This document shows positions 41,074 to 48,900 of a stretch of 64,000 nt of DNA, piece by piece. Each line of letters begins with the position of its first letter. The first letter of the stretch is position 1. A program made the translations under genes and the position numbers. This stretch comes from an uncultured Nitrospiraceae bacterium. GTDB lineage: Bacteria; Nitrospirota; Nitrospiria; Nitrospirales; Nitrospiraceae. The notes beneath the pieces are model-generated. The model did not search any database. It had not been told where the DNA came from and worked only from the letters and a program-made list of their open reading frames with translations. The DNA is taken from NCBI GenBank assembly GCA_963846575.1, contig CAWJWJ010000002.1, positions 2,208,001-2,272,000 on the forward strand, in the 5' to 3' direction.

Positions 41074-41376
41074 GCGCGAAGTCCTAAGCGTACCGAGCGA
41101 TTGTGAGACAAGGATCGATTGATAGGCGGCGGACGATGGGGCTTCTGCGAGGAGGGAACAGGTCGCCGGTGCGTCCCCGGCCAGCGAGTGGCCCGTGTGG
41201 TACTGCACCCACTGACAGAGGTCGGTATCCGAATGTTCGTGGCCGTCGTGATCGGCTGCCGCCAGATCGTGATGAATCTGCAACGCCGCCGCGAACGGCA
41301 CCATGGCCAGCAACAAGCACGCGAGGAGCAGGGCGACCGCTCGTCTTGAATTGACATGGGGATGACGGGAAGACAT
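41056..41376 (-). CDS. His-rich secreted leader protein with C-terminal RAPP motif (DUF2946/CruR-like)
   Basis: Signal sequence, HHDLAAADHDGHEHSDTDLCQWVQYH, ends SRAPPRS*; directly upstream of a TonB-dependent receptor. Confidence 0.8.
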   Translation of the reverse strand: MSSRHPHVNSRRAVALLLACLLLAMVPFAAALQIHHDLAAADHDGHEHSDTDLCQWVQYHTGHSLAGDAPATCSLLAEAPSSAAYQSILVSQSLGTLRTSRAPPRS

Positions 41377-41410
41377 CAATGGCCAGATAGTTCCAGTTTT
41401 TCAACCGTGG

Positions 41411-41439
41411 GTTGTAACAAAGCCGTGAAGTGAAAGCAA
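41411..41439 (-). promoter_or_regulatory. Sigma-70-like promoter for the RAPP leader/receptor operon
   Basis: TTGCTT-17 nt-TACAAC with a TGn extension. Confidence 0.5.
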
Positions 41440-41465
41440 GAACGAGCCGTCCGCTGCTCACGCTC

Positions 41466-41494
41466 TGGACATTCCACAATCTATTCGCTATGGT
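41466..41494 (+). promoter_or_regulatory. Sigma-70-like promoter for DAHP synthase
   Basis: TGGACA-17 nt-TATGGT. Confidence 0.45.
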
Positions 41495-41549
41495 AGAGGC
41501 CACTCTTCAATCACGGAATGAGCAACCTGCCGTTCCTAAAGGGACCACC

Positions 41550-42608
41550 ATGACCAGGCCGATCGACAACCAGCACGTTATTGAAATCAAGCCGCTCCCC
41601 TCGCCTCGCGATGTCAAGACCCGTCTACCGATCACCGACGACGTGGCGGAGCTGGTATTTCAGACGAGGCAATCGATTCGGAACATCCTGCATGGCCGTG
41701 ATATGGAACGGCTCATCGTGATCGTCGGCCCCTGCTCGATCCACGATGCCGACGCCGCCTACGAGTATGCCGAACGGCTCAGGCCGGTCGCCGAAGCAGT
41801 CCGTGAGAAACTTCTGGTCGTGATGCGCACCTATTTCGAAAAGCCCCGGACCACCGTGGGCTGGAAGGGATTGATCAACGACCCCCATCTCGACGGCACC
41901 TGTGAGATTGCCCAGGGTATCCAGCTGGCCCGGACGATCCTGTTGAACATCAATGGGAAAGGGCTTCCCTGCGCGACGGAATTGCTCGACCCGGTCACGC
42001 CGCAGTTCATTGCGGATCTCCTGAGTTGGACGGCGATCGGGGCACGCACCACCGAGAGTCAGATTCATCGCGAAATGGCGAGCGGCCTGTCGATGCCGGT
42101 CGGGTTCAAGAACGGCACCGAAGGGAGCCTACAGGTCGCGATCAATGCCATGATCACCAGCCGCAGCCCGCACCACTTTGTCGGAGTCAACGCCGACGGC
42201 ATGACCTCCATCATCAAGACCACCGGCAATCCTGACCATCACATCGTGCTTCGTGGCGGCGGCGGTCGCACCAACTATAGCGTCGAAGACATTGCCCGCG
42301 CGGAAGGCGCCGTCGCCACCGAAGGCCTCGCACGCGGCGTCATGGTGGATTGTTCCCACGACAACTCGGGAAAGAACCATCAACGTCAGGTTGAAGTCGC
42401 CGGAGAAGTCCTTAAACAATTCCGGCAAGGCCGCCGGTCGATCATGGGCGTCATGCTTGAAAGCCACTTACAAGGCGGTAGACAGAGTTGGGATCCGAGC
42501 AAGGCTCTCACCTACGGGATGTCGATCACCGACTCCTGCCTGGCCTGGGACGATACTGAAGCCCTCCTCCACGGCATGGCCGAGGCGCTCGCCACGCGTC
42601 CCGTCTAG
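41550..42608 (+). CDS. aroG: 3-deoxy-7-phosphoheptulonate synthase, class I-alpha
   Basis: GPCSIHD, YFEKPRTTVGWKGLINDP, IGARTTESQ, DCSHDNS. Confidence 0.96.
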   Translation: MTRPIDNQHVIEIKPLPSPRDVKTRLPITDDVAELVFQTRQSIRNILHGRDMERLIVIVGPCSIHDADAAYEYAERLRPVAEAVREKLLVVMRTYFEKPRTTVGWKGLINDPHLDGTCEIAQGIQLARTILLNINGKGLPCATELLDPVTPQFIADLLSWTAIGARTTESQIHREMASGLSMPVGFKNGTEGSLQVAINAMITSRSPHHFVGVNADGMTSIIKTTGNPDHHIVLRGGGGRTNYSVEDIARAEGAVATEGLARGVMVDCSHDNSGKNHQRQVEVAGEVLKQFRQGRRSIMGVMLESHLQGGRQSWDPSKALTYGMSITDSCLAWDDTEALLHGMAEALATRPV

Positions 42609-42940
42609 CAGATTTGAAATACGTTGCTCCGACGGCGGGCGCATCGTCCGAAGACAGGGGTCCAAACCTGCCCGCCTGTTTCACGATCCTGCAGAGTTCC
42701 CGACGGCGAGAACATCACGACGTTCCCTGAAGGTCTCCGAGAGCTAGCCTTCCAGCAGCAGCCTCTTCACTCCGTCCCCAATCGCGTTCAGGGGCGCCAG
42801 GCCCGTGTCGAAACGTCTGAGCAATCGTCCGTCCGTGGTACGTCGGCTTCCAGGCTATGCAGCCGCAGTATACTGCCCGCTGAATTGACCCATGGGGCCA
42901 AAGCTCGGCGGTCTGTGCCGATCTTTTCACCGTTCGCCTC

Positions 42941-45900
42941 TTGACCAGTTCGTCGTCTCCACTGAAGGGAATCTCGACATTGAAGATCCGCAACAGATTA
43001 CGTGAAGGCCGTCTCCGTGTGACCGATGTTCTGAGGAGGAGCACTCTGTCACAGTCGGATGTCGGCCACGAACCTCCGTTGCGCTCGGAGCTGTTCAGCG
43101 CCGGGCAGATGCACCAACACGGTAAGACGCTAGCGGGATCGCACGAGGTGAGTGCGGATCACGAACCGGACCAGTTGCTCAGCCGGTTGGCGGAGAATGA
43201 AGCGGTGCTGATGGAAGTGCGCGGCCTGGTGTCGGATGCCATGAAGGGCAGTCGTCGCATCACCCCCGCCGGTGAATGGTTATTGGATAATTTCTATTTG
43301 ATCGAGGAACAGATCCGCATGGCCAAGCGGCACTTGCCCAAGGGCTACAGCCGTGAGCTGCCTCGTCTCGCCAAGGGCCCTTCCACCGGCCTGCCACGGG
43401 TCTATGACATCGCTCTGGAAATCATCTCCCACGGGGATGGTCGAGTCGATCCGGAAAGTCTCAGCAGTTTTGTGGTGGCGTACCAAACCGTCACAGCCCT
43501 GAAGCTGGGCGAGTTATGGGCCATTCCCATCATGATCCGCCTGGCATTAATCGAAAATCTGCGACGCGCCGGCGCACGCATCGCGAGCGACCGAGTGCAT
43601 CGCAATCGCGCCTACGAATGGGCCGGCCAGATGATGGAGACGGCAGAGAAGGATCCCAAGAGTCTCATCCTGGTCATCGCAGACATGGCACGATCGAACC
43701 CGCCCATGGTGAGCGCCTTCGTGGCGGAACTTGCCAGGCGGCTTCAAGGGCAAAGTGCGGCACTGGCGTTGCCGCTCACCTGGATCGAGCAACGGTTGTC
43801 CGAGTCGGGACTCACCATCGAACATCTGGTGCAATCGGAGACGCAACAGCAGGCGATCGACCAGGTCTCCATGAGCAACAGTATCGGCAGCCTCAGGTTC
43901 CTGGCCGCGATGGACTGGCGCGAATTTGTCGAGGCCCACAGCGTCGTGGAGCAGACTCTGCATGCAGATCCGGCAGGGGTGTATAGCCGGATGGACTTTG
44001 CGACACGGGACCGCTACCGCCATGCGGTGGAGAGACTGTCCAAACGTAGTCCTCTCTCGGAACCTGAAGTCGCGACACGGGCCGTTCGGCTCGCCGAACG
44101 CCGGGCCGGTGAAACGGGAACGGACCATCGCGACGCCCACGTCGGCTTCTATCTGGTCGATAAGGGGCAGCCTCAGTTGGAACAAGCAGTCGGCATGCGC
44201 CGCTCGTTATTCGACTGGATCGGGAAATGGAGCGGCCGAGGCGCGACACCGGTCTATCTCGGTTCCATCCTGCTCCTGACGGCCGCGTTGACAGGCGGCT
44301 TCCTTGCCCTTGCGGCTGCCGATGGCTGGAGTGCCTGGCGGCTTGCCTTGATGGGATTCCTTTCGGCGTTGGCCTCCAGTCAGCTCGCGGTGACCCTGGT
44401 GAACTGGCTCGCCACGGCCCTCGTGACACCGAACCCGCTTCCGCGAATGGATTTCACCGAGGGTCTTCCTCCTGAATTACGAACCCTGGTGGTCGTCCCC
44501 ACCCTCCTTCAGAATGCACAGGGCGTCGAAGACCTCATCGAGGCGCTCGAAGTCCGGTTCCTCGCCAACCGGGACAGACACCTCCACTTTGCACTCCTCA
44601 CTGACCTTCCCGATGCTGCGCATGAAACTGTTGCAGAAGATGACCAGGTGGTGCGGCTCGTCCAGACACGCATCGAAGCGCTGAATGACAAATACAACAG
44701 CGAGCACGGCGAGACGTTCTTCCTCTTTCATCGACCACGTCGCTGGAATGCCCAAGAGCGGGCGTGGATGGGGTATGAGCGGAAACGTGGCAAACTCGGG
44801 GACCTGAACGCGCTGCTCCGGGGCGGTTCAGAGGATCGCTTCTCGATGGTGATCGGAAAGACGGCAATACTGTCCTCCGTCAAATACGTGATCACGCTCG
44901 ACACGGATACGCAACTGCCTCGCGATTCCGCTCGCCAGTTTGTGGCAGCGATGGCACACCCTCTCAATCGTCCACGGTATGACCTCAAGGCCCAGCGAGT
45001 CACCGAAGGGTATGGCATCCTTCAACCTCGCGTGGCCGTCAGCTTACCCGGCACCAACCGATCAAGGTACGCGCGTCTCAATGCCAGCGAACCGGGCATT
45101 GACCCTTATACCCGCGCCGTTTCGGATGTGTATCAGGACGTCTTTGGAGAAGGGTCTTTCATCGGCAAGGGCATTTATGAGGTCGAGGCCTTCGAACGGG
45201 CGCTCCACAACCGGTTTCCGGAAAATCGAATCCTCAGCCACGATCTGCTCGAAGGTTCCTATGCGCGAGCCGGGTTCTTGAGCGACGTCCAGCTGTATGA
45301 GGAATATCCAGCCCGGTACCGCTCGGATGTCGCCCGGCGGTATCGCTGGATTCGCGGAGACTGGCAGATCGCACGATGGGCATTTCCGCAAGTACCGGGG
45401 GCTAACGGGCGCACCCAAAACAATCCGCTCTCAACACTCGCCCGTTGGAAGATCTTTGACAACCTGCGCCGAAGTCTCGTGCCTGCGGCGATGCTGTCCC
45501 TGTTCCTGCTGGGCTGGACCGTTCTGTCTCCCGTCTGGCTCTGGAGCCTCTCGGCGCTTTCGCTCCTCCTGATTGCTCCACTGATGGCCGCTTTCGGGGA
45601 TCTGTTTCGTAAGCCAGAAGATGTGCGGCTCGACCAGCACCTGACGTCGACGGCTCGGGCCACGACGCAACAGCTTACGCACGCCATGTTGACCCTCATG
45701 TGCCTGCCCTATGAGGCCTACTACAGCCTGGGGGCAATCCTCCGGACAGCCGGCCGCATCTGGCTCACCCGCACGCGTCTATTGGAATGGAGCCCATCAA
45801 GCACAGTGCACGGAACCGCAACGGGCCTGATCGGAGAGTACCGATCGATGTGGGTCTCCCCAGGCCTTGCCCTGGGGACCGCAGCCTATCTCCTGCTCTC

Positions 45901-48900
45901 GCGCCCGGACGCACTGCTGGTAGCAGGACCGGTGTTGATCCTCTGGGGGACGTCTCCCCTGTTCACCTGGTGGATCAGTCGGCCGATCGCCCGGTACGAG
46001 GCGAAGCTCACGGCGGACCACACCCTGTTCCTCCGCAAGATGGCCCGCAAGACCTGGGGATTTTTTGAGACCTATGTCGGCCCGGATGACCACTGGCTTC
46101 CGCCGGATAATTACCAGGAGCACCCCGTCCCGCGAGTGGCACACCGCACGTCGCCGACGAATATGGGCCTGGCGCTGCTCGCGAACTTGTCTGCCTACGA
46201 TTTCGGCTACCTGTCAACAGGACGCCTCCTGGAACGCACGAAACAGGCTTTCGACAGCATGGCGAGATTGGAACGGTATCGAGGCCACTTCTACAACTGG
46301 TACGACACGCAGTCCTTAAAACCCCTCTTGCCCATGTACATTTCGTCCGTGGACAGTGGGAACCTGGCCGGACACGTCCTGACGTTGCGGTCGGGGCTGC
46401 TCACCATCCCGGATCATGCGATCCTCTCTCATCGCGTCTTTGACGGCCTTCGCGACACCCTGACGATCTGGAACGATGCTCTCGGAGAGGCGGGGGACCT
46501 CCCACTCGGCAGGCTGAGTACGGAGTTGACCGCTGCATCCCTGGACAGCTCGGCCACGCTCACGGCGGCGCACCGGTCTCTGGATGGCCTGGCGACGCTC
46601 GCGGCTGAAGCCGCGTCTCGTCTCGATACCACTGCGGACGGGAATGCACGACGATGGGCCCATGCCTTTGAGCAACAGTGCCGTGGCGCGCTCACTGATC
46701 TGACGGTGCTTGCGCCCTGGATCGGTCTTCCGGACTCGCCTCGCACGCTCAGTTCCTTCCCGGAATTAGACCAGATACCGACACTCCGGAGACTGACCGA
46801 ACTGGAAAGCGAATGGCTGCCGGCAATTGAGCAACGACTCGGTCCCGACACCACGGAGCCGGATCGGGACTGGCTGGCCGGACTTCAACGGCATCTCAAC
46901 GACGCGGGCCAGCGCGCCGGTGAACGCATCACCTCGCTTAATCACCTGGCCTGGCGATCGGGCCAGTTCGCCCGGATGGAGTTTGACTTCCTGTTCGACG
47001 GGACACGGTTCCTCCTGTCTATCGGGTACAGCGTCACAGACCGACGGCGCGATGTCAGCTACTACGACCTTCTGGCATCGGAAGCACGATTGTGCAGCTT
47101 CGTCGCCATTGCGCAGGGACAATTGCCGCAGGAGAGCTGGTTTGCCCTGGGGCGCCTGCTCACGACCACGGGTGGAGATCCCATTCTCATGTCCTGGAGC
47201 GGTTCGATGTTCGAATACTTGATGCCGCTCCTGGTCATGCCGACCTACCAGCACACGCTGCTGGATCAGACCTATCAGGCTGCGGTGGCAAGACAGATCG
47301 AATATGGACGGGAGCGGGGCATACCCTGGGGCGTATCCGAATCCGGCTATAACATGGTCGACGTCCATTTGAATTACCAGTACCGGGCGTTTGGCGTGCC
47401 CGGCCTGGGCCTCAAGCGGGGGCTGGGTGAGGAGTTGGTCATCACGCCCTATGCCACGGCCCTCGCCCTCATGGTCGCGCCCGAAGAAGCCTGCCTGAAC
47501 CTGCAACGGCTCGCCGCGGAAGGAGCTGAAGGCCCATTCGGATTATATGAAGCGATCGACTACACGCCGTCTCGCCTTCCACGCGGCCAATCGAGTGCCG
47601 TGGTTCGTTCGTATATGGCCCACCACGTAGGGATGAGTTTTCTTTCCCTAGCCTACGTGATCCTGGATCGTCCGATGCAACGGCGCTTCGAAGCCGAACC
47701 GTTGTTTCAGGCGACCATGCTGTTATTGCAGGAACGGATTCCAAAGGCCACCGCGTTCTATGCTCACAGCGCCGAGCTCTCAGACCTCCGCCCGGCATCG
47801 GGTGTTTCGGAAACGCCGGTTCGCATCCTGACTACGCCGAACACGCCGGTTCCCGAAGTGCAGCTCCTGTCCAACGGCCGATATCACGTCATGGTCACCA
47901 ATACGGGTGGCGGGTACAGCCGCTGGAAGGACCTGGCGGTCACGCGATGGCGTGAAGACAGCACCTGCGACAACTGGGGGACGTTCTGTTACATCCGCGA
48001 TGTCGAAAGCGGAGAGTTCTGGTCGATGGCCTATCAGCCGACGCTCAAACCGTCGAAAACGTACGAGGTCATCTTTTCAGAAGGGCGTGCGGAATATCGA
48101 CGCCACGACCATGAGATCGAGACGCACGCCGAGATCGTGGTGTCCCCTGAAGATGATATTGAACTGCGCCGGATCCGCCTCACGAACTGCTCCGGAACCA
48201 GGCGTACCATCGACCTGACCAGCTATGCGGAGGTCCTGCTGGCATTGCCGGCGGCCGACGCCCTGCACCCGGCATTCAGCAACCTCTTTGTGCAGACTGA
48301 AATCGTCCCTGAGCGTCAGGCGATTCTCGCCACACGCCGCCCCCGTTCACTCAACGAGCAGGCCCCCTGGGCATTTCACCTCATGGCGGTACGTGGCCCC
48401 CACAGCGGAGAAATCTCTTACGAGACGGACCGCATGCAGTTCATCGGCCGCGCCCGCACGCTTGCCTCCCCGCAAGCCATGGACCGTTCCGCGCTCTCGG
48501 GAAGCCAGGGCTCCGTGCTGGATCCGGTGGTGTCCATCCGTTGCCAGATCGTCCTTGATCCGGAAGAGTCCGTCACGGTGGATCTCGTATCCGGCATTGG
48601 CGAGACCCGGGACATCTGTCTGCGCCTGGTCGATAAATATCAGGACCGGCATCTCGCCGATCGCGTCTTCGAGTTGGCCTGGACACACAGCCAGGTGGTG
48701 TTGCGGCAACTGAACGCCACCGAAGCGGACGCGCAACTCTACGGACGTCTGGCCGGCTCGATTCTCTATGCCAATGCCTCCTTGCGGGCCGAGGCGTCAC
48801 TGCTCAGCAAAAACCGCCGCGGACAGTCCGGCCTCTGGGGTTATGCCATATCAGGCGATCTGCCGATCGTACTGCTCCAGATTGGAGACCCCTCGAACAT

